From Geminicoccaceae bacterium (lineage in GTDB: Bacteria > Pseudomonadota > Alphaproteobacteria > Geminicoccales > Geminicoccaceae), in assembly GCA_007694015.1 (NCBI GenBank), contig RECO01000152.1, positions 7,660-71,659 of the forward strand: a DNA stretch of 64,000 nucleotides. Reading direction: 5' to 3'. The translations under genes were made by a program, and so were the position numbers. Each line of letters begins with the position of its first letter. Position 1 is the first letter of the stretch. Of this stretch, positions 1-9,093 are shown piece by piece. The notes beneath the pieces are model-generated. The model saw only the letters and a list, made by a program, of their open reading frames with translations. It was not told the origin of the DNA and made no database searches.

Positions 1-816
1 GGGCCCCGCCGCGCGCGTCGCCACCAGCGGTTTCCCGCTCGCCCACGCCTCGACCACGACGCTTCCGAGCGGCTCTTGACGGGACGGGAAGACGACGACG
101 TCCGCCGCCTGCAGCAAGGCCGAGCGGTCGGTGCGCCAGCCCAGAAAACGCACCCGCCCATCGACGCCCAGTTCCCGCGATAGCTGCTCCAACCGGCCGC
201 GTTCCGGCCCTTCGCCCGCGAGCCACAAAAACGCGTCGTCGACCTCGGCCAGCGCCCGCAGCAGCGTGTCCAGCCCCTTCACCGGATGCAGGCGGGCGAG
301 CGACAGCAACAAGGGCACGTCCACCGGCGTGCGCAGCGTCGCCCGGTCGACCGGTAAGGCCGTCGGGTCGACCAGCGGAAAGTTCGGCACCACCGACACA
401 CGATCCCGCGGCCAACCCTGCGCGACCATGTGGTCGGCCAAGTGCGGCGCGATGGCAAGGATGTGGTCGCAGCTTTGAAAATACTTGACCTTGTAGTACC
501 CGCCGACGCGACCGACCTTGCGGTACGGCCCGGGCGGCACCTGCCAACTCGCCCGCGCCATCCAGGTCATCACCGCAGCCGGCGAGGTGCGCTTGGCGAA
601 GCGCCGAAACGACCAGGCGGTCAGCGGATCGATGGCACCGGCAAAGGGCGCGGTGGCGACCGGCACGCCGAGCTGGCGCAAATGCCGAACTCTGCCCTCG
701 TGCCGGCGCAGAAACGCCCCTTGAGGCACGCCCTTGGCCGCCAAGGCGTCGATGACCGACAGAAAGAACGTCTCGGCCCCGCCATCGCCCGCAGCGCCCA
801 AGGCGTGGATCAGCAT
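1..816 (-). CDS. glycosyltransferase family 1 (GT4-like); C-terminus lies beyond the window start
   Basis: Not in the ORF track because it runs off the edge. My own minus-strand translation from the ATG at 816 gives MLIHALGAAGDGGAETFFLSVIDALAAKG... It ends ...VVFPSRQEPLGSVVVEAWASGKPLVATRAAGP, the GT-B/GT4 E-x7-E donor-binding region. Confidence 0.75.
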   Translation of the reverse strand, partial: MLIHALGAAGDGGAETFFLSVIDALAAKGVPQGAFLRRHEGRVRHLRQLGVPVATAPFAGAIDPLTAWSFRRFAKRTSPAAVMTWMARASWQVPPGPYRKVGRVGGYYKVKYFQSCDHILAIAPHLADHMVAQGWPRDRVSVVPNFPLVDPTALPVDRATLRTPVDVPLLLSLARLHPVKGLDTLLRALAEVDDAFLWLAGEGPERGRLEQLSRELGVDGRVRFLGWRTDRSALLQAADVVVFPSRQEPLGSVVVEAWASGKPLVATRAAGP

Positions 817-828
817 GGGGCCGCGACC

Positions 829-955
829 GCGCTAGTGCACAGGCGCAATCGGAGCGTTCGGCTCCGATTGCGCCGTTGATGCACCAACTCCATGGAATCG
901 TGCCGCTTTGGCGCGGTCGGACGTGAACCGTCCGACTGCGCCGCTGCACTAGCGC
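829..955. repeat. nested inverted repeats: an 11-bp outer helix enclosing 14-bp and 8-bp hairpins; possible terminator or structured RNA
   Basis: Outer helix is GCGCTAGTGCA (829-839) with TGCACTAGCGC (945-955). Inner hairpin 1 is GGCGCAATCGGAGC (842-855) with GCTCCGATTGCGCC (861-874). Inner hairpin 2 is GTCGGACG (916-923) with CGTCCGAC (929-936). It lies in the spacer between the kinase stop (1080) and the glycosyltransferase start (816). Confidence 0.6.
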
Positions 956-1079
956 CGGCTCGGCGGCCCACTTCCCCGACGCCAACCAGTCCGCCGGCCG
1001 TGGCCGCCGGTTGGGGGTGCAGGGGGCCCAAAGCCCCCTGCCGCTGCTGCACCCACCGCATCCCGTCAACCGCCCCCAT

Positions 1080-2456
1080 TCACGCCGAAGGCGCCACGTT
1101 CGGCGCTTGCACCTGCCCTGGCAAGTGCAGGGTGGCCCTGAGGCCGCCGAGGGGGCCTTGATCGAGCAGGAGCCGGCCGCGGTAGAGCTTGGCGTGGTCG
1201 GCGACGATGGCGAGGCCGAGCCCCGAGCCGGGCACGCTCTCGTCGAGCCGCCGGCCGCGCTCGATCGCGCGCAAGCGCTCCACTTCGGGCAGGCCCGGCC
1301 CGTCGTCGTCGACATGGACGTCGAAGCCGTCCTGCGCCGGCACCACCGTCACCTCCACCCGCCGCTCGGCCCATTTGCAGGCGTTGTCCATCAAATTGCC
1401 GAGCATCTCCAACAGGTCCTCCCGCTCGCCGAAGAACGTCACCTCGACGTCGTCGGTGCGGCGGATGACGAGGTGTTTGGCGCCGTGCAATTTGGAGAGG
1501 GTGCGGACCAGTTCGCCGAGGACGGGGCGGATCGGCTGGTGCCCGGTCAAGGCCCCCGCCGCCCCGGCCATCCGGGCGCGGGCCAGATGGTGGTTGATCA
1601 GCCGCTCCATCCGCGGCAACTGCCGGCGGGTCGCCTCCGCCAAACGCCGGTCGTTGCCGCGTTCCGCCTCGTTGGCGAGGATCGACAAGGGCGTCTTCAA
1701 GGCGTGGGCCAGGTTGCCGCCATGGGCGCGCGCCCGCTCGATCACTTCCTGATTGTGGGCCAAAAGCGAGTTCAACTCGTCGACCACCGGCGCCAGCTCG
1801 CGCGGAAAGGTGCCGTCGAGCCGCTCGGCTTCACCCGCCCGCACCCGCTGGATTTCGGCCTGCAGCCGGGCCAAGGGGCGCAGGCCCAACGTGACCTGCG
1901 CCAGCACCGCGAGGACCAGGCCCACGCCCAGCACCGCCAAGGCGGCCGCGACGGTGACGGTAAAGCGCGCCGTCGCCCGCGTGATGGCATCGGTCTCGCC
2001 GGCCACGCGAAAGCGATAGACGGTGTCGCCCATCAAGATGGCCCGGCTCAGCATCCGCAGCCGCTGATCGCCCGGCCCGCGCACATGGGTGAGCGGCACC
2101 GCCGCCTTGGGCAGGTCCGTATCCCACAAGGAGCGCGAGCGGATCAGCCCGTCGGGCGTTTCCACCTGCCAGTACCAGCCGGACAAGGGGGCGCGAAACC
2201 GCGGCTCGCCCGGCGGCGAGCCCACCACCAGGCGGCCGTCGGGCCCGATTTCGCTGACCGCGATCAGCCCCTGCATCAACACCTCGAGCCGCTCGTCGAA
2301 GCTGCGCTTGACGCTCTCGCTGAAGATCCAGGAGAGGGTGAGGCCGCCAGCGGCGATCAGCACGAGGGACCAGACGCAGGCCAGCACCACGAGGCGACCC
2401 GCCAAGGACGCCGGTCGCTGGGCGCGGCCCACCGCCGCCCGGGCAGGCGGGATCAC
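1080..2456 (-). CDS. two-component sensor histidine kinase (HAMP/HisKA/HATPase_c)
   Basis: H-box LAHALKTPLSIL, N-box LGNLMDNACKWA, G-boxes DDDGPGLP and GSGLGLAIV, plus two N-terminal TM segments. The track ORF runs to 2930, but that part overlaps the regulator gene. The likely start is the GTG at 2454-2456, in a GTGA overlap with the regulator stop. Confidence 0.85.
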   Translation of the reverse strand: MIPPARAAVGRAQRPASLAGRLVVLACVWSLVLIAAGGLTLSWIFSESVKRSFDERLEVLMQGLIAVSEIGPDGRLVVGSPPGEPRFRAPLSGWYWQVETPDGLIRSRSLWDTDLPKAAVPLTHVRGPGDQRLRMLSRAILMGDTVYRFRVAGETDAITRATARFTVTVAAALAVLGVGLVLAVLAQVTLGLRPLARLQAEIQRVRAGEAERLDGTFPRELAPVVDELNSLLAHNQEVIERARAHGGNLAHALKTPLSILANEAERGNDRRLAEATRRQLPRMERLINHHLARARMAGAAGALTGHQPIRPVLGELVRTLSKLHGAKHLVIRRTDDVEVTFFGEREDLLEMLGNLMDNACKWAERRVEVTVVPAQDGFDVHVDDDGPGLPEVERLRAIERGRRLDESVPGSGLGLAIVADHAKLYRGRLLLDQGPLGGLRATLHLPGQVQAPNVAPSA

Positions 2457-3124
2457 TTCGCCTCGAGCGGATCGACCAAACGATAGCCGAGCCCGCGCAC
2501 GGTCTCGATCACGTCGGCGCCGAGCTTCTTCCGCAACCGGCCGATGAACACCTCGATGGTGTTGCTGTCGCGGTCGAAATCCTGGTCGTAGATGTGCTCG
2601 GTCAACTCGGTCCGCGAAATGACGCGGCCCTTGTGGTGCATCAGGTAGGTCAAAACGCGGAACTCGTGGCCGGTCAGGCGCACCGGCTCGCCCGCCACGG
2701 TCACCGCGGCCGCGCGTGTGTCGAGCCTGACCGGGCCACACACCAGCTCCGCCGAGGCATGGCCGGTGGCGCGCCGGATCAACGCGCGCAGCCGCGCCAA
2801 CAGCTCGGCCATGTGGAACGGCTTGGCCACGTAGTCGTCGGCGCCGGCATCCATCCCGGCCACCTTGTCGCTCCAGCGATCGCGCGCGGTCAGCACCAAA
2901 ACCGGCATGGTGCGCCCCGCGCGACGCCACCTCTCCAATACCTGGATGCCGTCGATCACCGGCAGCCCGAGATCGAGGATCACCGCATCATAAGGCTCGG
3001 TTTGCCCCAGATGGAGCGCTTCCTCGCCGTCGAACGCCAAGTCCACGGCATAGCCCGCATCGCTCATCGCATCCTTGAGCTGTTCGGCCAGTTCGGGCTC
3101 GTCTTCCGCGATCAACAGCCGCAT
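2453..3124 (-). CDS. OmpR-family response regulator
   Basis: Receiver domain MRLLIAEDE...DAVILDLGLP and C-terminal winged helix ...IETVRGLGYRLV. Confidence 0.92.
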   Translation of the reverse strand: MRLLIAEDEPELAEQLKDAMSDAGYAVDLAFDGEEALHLGQTEPYDAVILDLGLPVIDGIQVLERWRRAGRTMPVLVLTARDRWSDKVAGMDAGADDYVAKPFHMAELLARLRALIRRATGHASAELVCGPVRLDTRAAAVTVAGEPVRLTGHEFRVLTYLMHHKGRVISRTELTEHIYDQDFDRDSNTIEVFIGRLRKKLGADVIETVRGLGYRLVDPLEAK

Positions 3125-3128
3125 CGGA

Positions 3129-3431
3129 TCACTCGCGTTCGACGACGGCCCCGGTGCGACCGTCGATCAGGATTTCCTGGACCCGATCCTCGTCATCGAG
3201 CCACCGCAGGCGGTAGCGGTAACTGGGCTCGGTCCGTTCGATCTTTGCATCCAAAATTTGGCTCGGCTGCAAGCCCGCACGACCGATCAGGGCCTCCAGG
3301 GGCAAGCTCGCGCGCGCATTCACCGCTGCCCGAGCCGCATCGTGCTCGTCCATCGCCCAAGCGGTGTCGAGGCCGACGCCCAAGGCCGCCCCCATCCCCG
3401 CACAACCGATCCATCGCCGCGTCCTGCGCAT
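3129..3431 (-). CDS. PepSY domain-containing periplasmic protein
   Basis: Internal ATG at 3431 gives MRRTRRWIGCAGMGAALGVG (signal-like), followed by ...ILDAKIERTEPSYRYRLRWLDDEDRVQEILIDGRTGAVVERE. PepSY-RR-HK is a common three-gene arrangement. Confidence 0.7.
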   Translation of the reverse strand: MRRTRRWIGCAGMGAALGVGLDTAWAMDEHDAARAAVNARASLPLEALIGRAGLQPSQILDAKIERTEPSYRYRLRWLDDEDRVQEILIDGRTGAVVERE

Positions 3432-3477
3432 GGTCGCGTCTTGCGTCGCCGAGGCTGAACCATGGTTGAATGTCGAT

Positions 3478-4422
3478 TTAAGTCGAGCCGAGGTCCTGTG
3501 GCAGGTGCAGCCAGCCGTCGCTGACGGTGACCGCCCCACCGCCGATGCGCACCGCGGCCACCCCAGCCTCAACCACCGCGACCTCCGCCAGAATGCGCGA
3601 GGGCCGGCCCATTTCGATGCCCTGCTCGATCGAAAGCGCATGCGTGCCGACGGGCCAACGCGCCGTCATCGCGAGGAAACCCGCCAGCGCCCCGGCCGCA
3701 CTGCCGGTCGCCGGGTCCTCCTCGATGCCGATCTCCGCCCCGAACACCCGCATCCGCACCCGCGTCGGCCCGTCGTCGAGCGGCACGTAACAGGCGACGC
3801 CGTGCCGGCCGCCCGGCGTCGGCAAGCGCGCCAAGCCGTCCCGGTCACGCCGGGCCCGCGCCAGCGCCTCGAGGCTCGCCAAGCGCACGATCACGAACGG
3901 CAAGCCGATGCCGACGTCCAGCGGCGGATGCACGACCTGGTCGATCAGCTCGAGCGGCAGGCCCACGGCAGCGGCGACCAGCTCGGCTGGGCTCGCCGCC
4001 CCGAGGTCCGGCAAATGCGGGGCGGTGAGCTGAGCCGCCAGGCGGCCCTCGTCATGCCGCACCACGACCGCCGTCGGGCCGGCGTCGAGGTCGAAGCCGA
4101 ACGCCACCCGCGCGTCCGGCATGGGAATGATCCCCTCGCGGACCAGAGCAATGGCCGTGCCGATGGTCGGATGGCCGGCGAAGGCCAGCTCCGCTTCGGG
4201 CGTGAAGATGCGCAGCCGGCGCACGCAATCCGGCCGCCGGCTCGCCACGACGAACACGGTCTCGGAGAACCCGAACTCGGCCGCGATCGCCTGCATCACC
4301 GGCGCCGTGAGCGGCTGGCCGGCTGCATCGCGGGCATCCGGCAAAACCGCCAGCCGATTGCCCGCGAACACCCGGTCGGTGAAGACGTCGAGGGTGGAAA
4401 AGCGCAGCCGCGACGCCTTCAT
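3478..4422 (-). CDS. PhzF-family isomerase
   Basis: Start MKASRLRFSTLDVFTDRVFAGNRLAVL, then FGFSETVFV and RIFTPEAELAFAGHPTIGTA. The upstream part of the track ORF (to 4746) is an artefact. Confidence 0.85.
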   Translation of the reverse strand: MKASRLRFSTLDVFTDRVFAGNRLAVLPDARDAAGQPLTAPVMQAIAAEFGFSETVFVVASRRPDCVRRLRIFTPEAELAFAGHPTIGTAIALVREGIIPMPDARVAFGFDLDAGPTAVVVRHDEGRLAAQLTAPHLPDLGAASPAELVAAAVGLPLELIDQVVHPPLDVGIGLPFVIVRLASLEALARARRDRDGLARLPTPGGRHGVACYVPLDDGPTRVRMRVFGAEIGIEEDPATGSAAGALAGFLAMTARWPVGTHALSIEQGIEMGRPSRILAEVAVVEAGVAAVRIGGGAVTVSDGWLHLPQDLGST

Positions 4423-4475
4423 GCTCACGCGGCTCCCGCGCGGTCGCGCTGCATCGGGCCCCACGGGATCACGCT

Positions 4476-4685
4476 TCAGCGCGCCCAGAACGGCTTCGAC
4501 GCCTCGTCCTGCGCCTGCGCCTCGGTCAGGCCGATGTCGCGCAGCATCCGCGCGTCCAACTGCGCCAAGGCATGGCGTTCGCGCGCCCGCGCGTACCACA
4601 CGCCGACCTGGCGCATCGCCAAATGCAGCCAGTCGGTGGCCGTGTGGGTCTGCCGCGGGATTGTCGGGGTCCAATTCGTAGCCAT
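4476..4685 (-). CDS. DUF1127 domain-containing small protein
   Basis: 69 aa. The C-terminal motif LAQLDARMLRDIGLTEAQA is typical of DUF1127. Confidence 0.8.
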   Translation of the reverse strand: MATNWTPTIPRQTHTATDWLHLAMRQVGVWYARARERHALAQLDARMLRDIGLTEAQAQDEASKPFWAR

Positions 4686-4702
4686 CGCGGCTTCCCTCCA
4701 AA

Positions 4703-4770
4703 ATTGTTACGCACCAATCTACCATATTGACACAATGATCCGTCAAGCCCTACATTGTCACCATGACAAT
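4703..4770. promoter_or_regulatory. candidate operator: three ATTGnnAC repeats, including a perfect palindrome over the regulator start codon
   Basis: ATTGTTAC at 4703-4710. ATTGACACAAT at 4726-4736, which is palindromic. ATTGTCA-CCA-TGACAAT at 4754-4770, a perfect 7-bp inverted repeat spanning the ATG at 4763. The patch is AT-rich and lies between divergent genes. Confidence 0.35.
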
Positions 4771-6172
4771 AAACCTGGAGGATCTCGCCGCCCAGGATGG
4801 CCCGCGCTATCGGGCCCTGGCGGACGCCATCGCCAAGGCGATCGACGACGGCCGTCTCGCCCCCGGCGCCAAGCTGCCGCCGCAGCGGGAGCTGGCCGAC
4901 CGGCTCGGCATCACCGTCGGCACCGTCGGCCGTGCCTACGACATCGCCGCGCAGCGCCAATTGGTGACCGCCCATGTCGGCCGCGGCACCTTCGTCCTCG
5001 GTCAGGAGGAAGCGCCCCACGCCCACGACTTCATCGCCGCCCAGGACGTCCCCGTCTCCGACCCGCGCCACTCGCCGATGGACCTGCGCACCAACCAGCC
5101 GGTGCCGTTCGCGTTCGAAAAGCTCATGGCTGCCACGCGCGAGGCGATGGACGCGAGCGACCCCGCCGCCGCCCTCTTCGCCTACCCGCCCACCGCCGGC
5201 CACGCCCAGGACCGCGCCGCCGGTGCCGCCTGGCTCAGGCGCCACGGCGTCGAGGCCGCCAAGGACGACGTCATCGTCACCGCCGGGACCGAGGGCGGCA
5301 TTTCCGTCGCCCTCGCCGCCCTGACGCGGCCGGGCGATCCGCTGCTCGCCGCCAGCCTCTCCTACCCGCACTTCCACGACATGGGCGGCATCTTCGGACT
5401 CCGCCGCCACGCCGTCGAACTCGACGAACACGGCATCTGCCCCGATGCCCTCGACGCCGCCTGCCGCGACACCGGTGCCCGCCTCCTCGTCGTCAACGTC
5501 ACCCTGCACAACCCGACCGGCAGCACCATGCCCGAGGACCGCCGCCGGGCCCTCATAGCCGTCGCCCGCCAGCACGACCTCGTCATCGTCGAAGACGACG
5601 TCTACGGCCTCCTCCTCGAGCCGCGCCCCCCCACCCTGCAAAGCCTCGCCCCCGAGCGCACCATCTACGTCACCAGCATCTCCAAAACGCTCGCCCCAGG
5701 CCTGCGGCTCGGCTTCCTCATCGCCCCCCCCGACCTCCACGCCCGCCTGCTCGACGCCCAGCACACCCTCCTGCTCGGCATCCCCGCCCTTACCGGGAAG
5801 GTTTTCCGCCACTGGCTGCAAAGCGGCCTCGCCGACGAGGTCGTCCGCGCCCAACGCGCAGAAACCCAGGCCCGCCACCAGATCGCACGATCAACCCTCG
5901 GGCCGCTTTGCCCGAACCGCCTCGGCGAAGGCCACCACCTCTGGCTGCGCCTGCCCGGCCGCTGGCGCGCCAGCGCCCTGGTCGAACGCCTCAAGGCCGC
6001 CAACGTCCACGTCCTCGCCGGCGACCTCTTCGCCTTCGGCCGCGCCCGCGTCCCCAACGCCATCCGCCTCTCCCTCAGCGGCGCCAAGGACCAAGCCGCA
6101 CTCCGCCAAGCCCTCGAACTCCTGCTCGCCACCATCGAACGCGACGCCCGCGGCCACGAAGTCTGCGCCTAA
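4763..6172 (+). CDS. MocR-type regulator (GntR HTH fused to a PLP aminotransferase-like domain)
   Basis: HTH PPQRELADRLGITVGTVGRAYDIA, a large class-I/II aminotransferase fold, and the PLP-lysine motif SISKTLAPGLRLGF. Confidence 0.9.
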   Translation: MTINLEDLAAQDGPRYRALADAIAKAIDDGRLAPGAKLPPQRELADRLGITVGTVGRAYDIAAQRQLVTAHVGRGTFVLGQEEAPHAHDFIAAQDVPVSDPRHSPMDLRTNQPVPFAFEKLMAATREAMDASDPAAALFAYPPTAGHAQDRAAGAAWLRRHGVEAAKDDVIVTAGTEGGISVALAALTRPGDPLLAASLSYPHFHDMGGIFGLRRHAVELDEHGICPDALDAACRDTGARLLVVNVTLHNPTGSTMPEDRRRALIAVARQHDLVIVEDDVYGLLLEPRPPTLQSLAPERTIYVTSISKTLAPGLRLGFLIAPPDLHARLLDAQHTLLLGIPALTGKVFRHWLQSGLADEVVRAQRAETQARHQIARSTLGPLCPNRLGEGHHLWLRLPGRWRASALVERLKAANVHVLAGDLFAFGRARVPNAIRLSLSGAKDQAALRQALELLLATIERDARGHEVCA

Positions 6173-6265
6173 GGCGGGAGAAGGAAGGCGAAGAAAGGCA
6201 AAGGGAAGCAAGGGGGGATTTGATGATCCCCCCTTGGACCCCCCGGCGGCGACGCCGCCACCCTG
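6173..6265 (-). repeat. GC-hairpin/polypyrimidine-tail element, copy 1 (tail reads as a purine tract on the + strand)
   Basis: Purine tract at 6176-6211. Hairpin GGGGGGAT-TTGATG-ATCCCCCC at 6212-6233. Hairpin GGCGGC-GAC-GCCGCC at 6245-6259. It starts at the nucleotide after the MocR stop. Confidence 0.7.
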
Positions 6266-6428
6266 GAGGGTTTTTGTGGGAAAATTTGCTTATTCGGTGT
6301 AGGCTGTGCGGGTCGGCGGGACGCCGACGGCGCGGTCGGGTGGGGTGGCGAAAAAAATCGCCAGTCAAAACGAACCCAGAACGTCGTTTTTAGCTTTTAT
6401 AACAATGGTTTACGCGGGATTTTGGGGG

Positions 6429-8048
6429 TCAGAAACCGACCGCTTGACCGTCCTTGCGGCTGTCGGAGCCGGCCACGTAGCCGTCGTCCAGCTTGGCGAT
6501 GAGCTGGGCACCGCCGAAGCCGAAGGCCTCGTCCGGCGCCTCGATGACCACCTCGTGACCCAGCGCCTCCAGGCCTTGGTAGGTCGAGGCCGGCAGGCCC
6601 GGCTCCATCGCCACGCCCCGCCCCCCCAACAGCCGCCAGCGCGGCGCATCGCTCGCCGCCTGCACGTTCTGGCCCCAAAGCCGGGTTCGCAACAGCATCT
6701 GGAGGTGGCCCTGCGCTTGCATCGGGCCGCCCATCACGCCGAACGCCATCGCCGGGCTACCATCGGGCTCGGAGAGGAAGCCCGGAATGATGGTGTGGAA
6801 GGGCCGCTTGAAGGGTGCGACCGCATTCGGATGGCCGGCCTCCAGGGTAAAACCGGCACCGCGGTTCTGCAGCGAGATGCCCGTGCCCGGCACGACCACG
6901 CCGGAGCCGAAGCCCATGTAGTTCGACTGGATGTATGAGACCATCATGCCCGAGGCGTCGGCCGCGGCGAGATAGACGGTGCCGCCCGGCCCCGGCACGC
7001 CATGGACGGGCTCGCCGGCGCGGGCCGGATCGATCAGCCTCGCCCGCGCCGCCAGATAAGCGTCGTCGAGCAAACGCTCCGCCGAAAAGCGCATCGCCGC
7101 CGCATCGGCGACATGGGCATCGAGATCGGCGAAGGCGAGCTTCATCGCCTCCAACTGCAGGTGCAAGGCCCGCACCGAATCGACCTCCAGATCGGCGATC
7201 GCGGTGTGCGTCAGGATGCCGAGCGCCATCTGCGCGGCGATGCCCTGCCCATTCGGCGGGATCTCGTGCAGCGTGCAGCCAAAGCCCGAACGCGCCAAAG
7301 GCTCCACCCAGTCCGCCCGGTGCTCGGCCAAATCCTCCACGGCCAAGCCACCGCCATGCGCCTGCACCCAGGCGACCATCTGCTCCGCCAAGGCTCCCCG
7401 ATAGAACGCCTCGCCCCGGCTCGAAGCGATCGCCTGTAACGAAGCCGCCATCGCCGGCAGCCGGAAGCGTTCGCCCGCGAGCGGCGCCCGCCCGTTCGGC
7501 AGAAAGGCCTCGGCGAAGCCGGGCTGTGCCTCCAGCCGCTCCTTCGAGCGCTGCCACAAGGACGCGATGATCGGCGAGACGAGGTAGCCGCTCTCGGCAT
7601 AACGGATGGCCGGCTCGAACAGCCGCTCGAACGGCAGCTTGCCGTAGCGTTCGCTCAGCGCCACCCAGGCCGAGACCGCCCCCGGCACGGTGACCGCATC
7701 GGCGCCCAGGACGGGCATGCGCTCGGCACCGGCAAAGCGCTCGGCCGTCCAGGCGCGTGGCGCTCGCCCCGAAGCGTTGAGCCCGACCAGCCGCTCGCCG
7801 TCCCAGAGGATCGCAAAGGCATCGCTGCCGAGCCCGTTGCCCGTCGGCTCCACCACGGTCAGCGTGATCGCCGCCGCCAGCGCCGCGTCGACCGCATTGC
7901 CGCCGCCCGCGAGCGCGTCGAGGCCGGCCCGAGCCGCCAAGGGCTGCGAGGTCGCCACCACGTTCTCGGCCAGCACGGGCGAGCGGCGCGAGGGATAGGG
8001 CTGAGCGGGGTCGAACGGGCGCATGGGGCAGGCATTCCTGGCAGTCAT
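6429..8048 (-). CDS. ggt: gamma-glutamyltransferase family protein
   Basis: TGNGLGSDAFAILWDG, PPNGQGIAA, the autoprocessing-Thr region GGTVYLAAADASGMMVSYIQSNYMGFGSGVVVPGTGISLQNRG, and GVMGGPMQ. Confidence 0.9.
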   Translation of the reverse strand: MTARNACPMRPFDPAQPYPSRRSPVLAENVVATSQPLAARAGLDALAGGGNAVDAALAAAITLTVVEPTGNGLGSDAFAILWDGERLVGLNASGRAPRAWTAERFAGAERMPVLGADAVTVPGAVSAWVALSERYGKLPFERLFEPAIRYAESGYLVSPIIASLWQRSKERLEAQPGFAEAFLPNGRAPLAGERFRLPAMAASLQAIASSRGEAFYRGALAEQMVAWVQAHGGGLAVEDLAEHRADWVEPLARSGFGCTLHEIPPNGQGIAAQMALGILTHTAIADLEVDSVRALHLQLEAMKLAFADLDAHVADAAAMRFSAERLLDDAYLAARARLIDPARAGEPVHGVPGPGGTVYLAAADASGMMVSYIQSNYMGFGSGVVVPGTGISLQNRGAGFTLEAGHPNAVAPFKRPFHTIIPGFLSEPDGSPAMAFGVMGGPMQAQGHLQMLLRTRLWGQNVQAASDAPRWRLLGGRGVAMEPGLPASTYQGLEALGHEVVIEAPDEAFGFGGAQLIAKLDDGYVAGSDSRKDGQAVGF

Positions 8049-8084
8049 GATGTGGCCGCAACCTGCCCCAATTGAGCGCGCGTG

Positions 8085-8477
8085 TCAGTGGCCGTGGCGT
8101 TCCAACCATTCACGCAGGAAGGCGATCTCCTCTTCCTGGGCGGCGATGATCTCTTCGGCCAGCTGGCGGATCTCCGGATCGCTGCCGTGTTCCAGCACCA
8201 CCTCGGACATTTCGATGGCGCCCTGGTGGTGCGGGATCATCCCCCGCGCGAAATCGACGTCGGCATCGCCGGTAAAGACGATGTCCATGGCTTCGTGCAT
8301 CCGCGCATTGGCCGCCATGAACGCCTCGACCACCGGCCCACCCGCCCCTTGGCCGTGTCCATGCTGGCCGTGATGGCCGTGATGGCCCATCTGGGCAAAG
8401 CCGGTGGCACCGACCAGCGCCCCGCCGGCGACGAACGCCACCACCCCGACGACCGCGTAGCCCAAGAACCGTCGCAT
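8085..8477 (-). CDS. DUF305 family protein with a His-rich N-terminal tract
   Basis: TM/signal segment, then MGHHGHHGQHGHGQG, then DUF305 motifs DVDFARGMIPHHQGAIEMS and AEEIIAAQEEEIAFLREWL. Confidence 0.8.
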   Translation of the reverse strand: MRRFLGYAVVGVVAFVAGGALVGATGFAQMGHHGHHGQHGHGQGAGGPVVEAFMAANARMHEAMDIVFTGDADVDFARGMIPHHQGAIEMSEVVLEHGSDPEIRQLAEEIIAAQEEEIAFLREWLERHGH

Positions 8478-8601
8478 CCGCTAATCCCCCCTCGTGCATG
8501 ATGGCGTCGCAATACGCCCCCTCCCGTTGGGGGAAGGTCAAGCCTCAGCAACGTTGACCTCGCCACACCCCCAAGGCAGACGAGGGGCCACGGGAGATCG
8601 G

Positions 8602-9093
8602 ATGAGCCGCCTCGACACCCATATCCGCCGGTTGCTGGCCCAACGCGCCTGTCTCGACGCGCTGACGGCCGCCATCAGCGCCCTGCCCGGCCCCGTGGTC
8701 GAACTCGGGCTCGGCAATGGCCGCACCTACGATCACCTCCGCGAGCGCCTGCCCGGGCGGGAAATCTTCGTGTTCGAACGCAGCCCCGATCCGCACCCGG
8801 CCTGCCTGCCCGACCCGGACCATCTGATCCTCGGCGATCTCGAGGACACCTTGCCCGTGGCAGCCCGGCGTCTCCCCGGCAAGGCGGCCCTGGTGCACAG
8901 CGACATCGGCACCGGTGACGCGGCGCGCAACGCCCGCCTCGCCGCTTGGCTCGGCCAGGCGATCCCGCCGATCGTCGCCAGGGGCGGCTTCGTCGCGTCG
9001 GATCAGGCCCTGGACCATCCGGCCCTGCGGCCCTGGCCGCTGCCCCCGGACGTGGCCCCTGGGCGCTACCACCTCTATCGGCACGAACCCTGA
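8602..9093 (+). CDS. small class I SAM-dependent methyltransferase-like protein (Methyltransf_17-like; family assignment from memory)
   Basis: Internal ATG at 8602 gives MSRLDTHIRRLLAQRACL... A glycine-rich SAM loop reads VVELGLGNGRTYDHL. It is first in a translationally coupled 4-gene set. Confidence 0.55.
   Translation: MSRLDTHIRRLLAQRACLDALTAAISALPGPVVELGLGNGRTYDHLRERLPGREIFVFERSPDPHPACLPDPDHLILGDLEDTLPVAARRLPGKAALVHSDIGTGDAARNARLAAWLGQAIPPIVARGGFVASDQALDHPALRPWPLPPDVAPGRYHLYRHEP

Noticed and set aside
1080-2930. Full 616-aa version of the histidine kinase ORF
   Set aside because: The first 158 codons overlap the response-regulator gene in another frame and translate to Arg-rich junk. 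A GTG at 2456 in a GTGA overlap with the regulator stop gives a normal kinase of about 458 aa that starts before its first TM helix.
3364-6393. 1009-aa + strand ORF, together with the similar giants at 17182-20220 (+) and 19862-22819 (+)
   Set aside because: These are Arg/Pro/Gly-rich translations that run through or antisense to well-supported genes (PhzF, MocR, NAPRT, DAHP synthase, gabD). They have no motifs and are high-GC artefacts.
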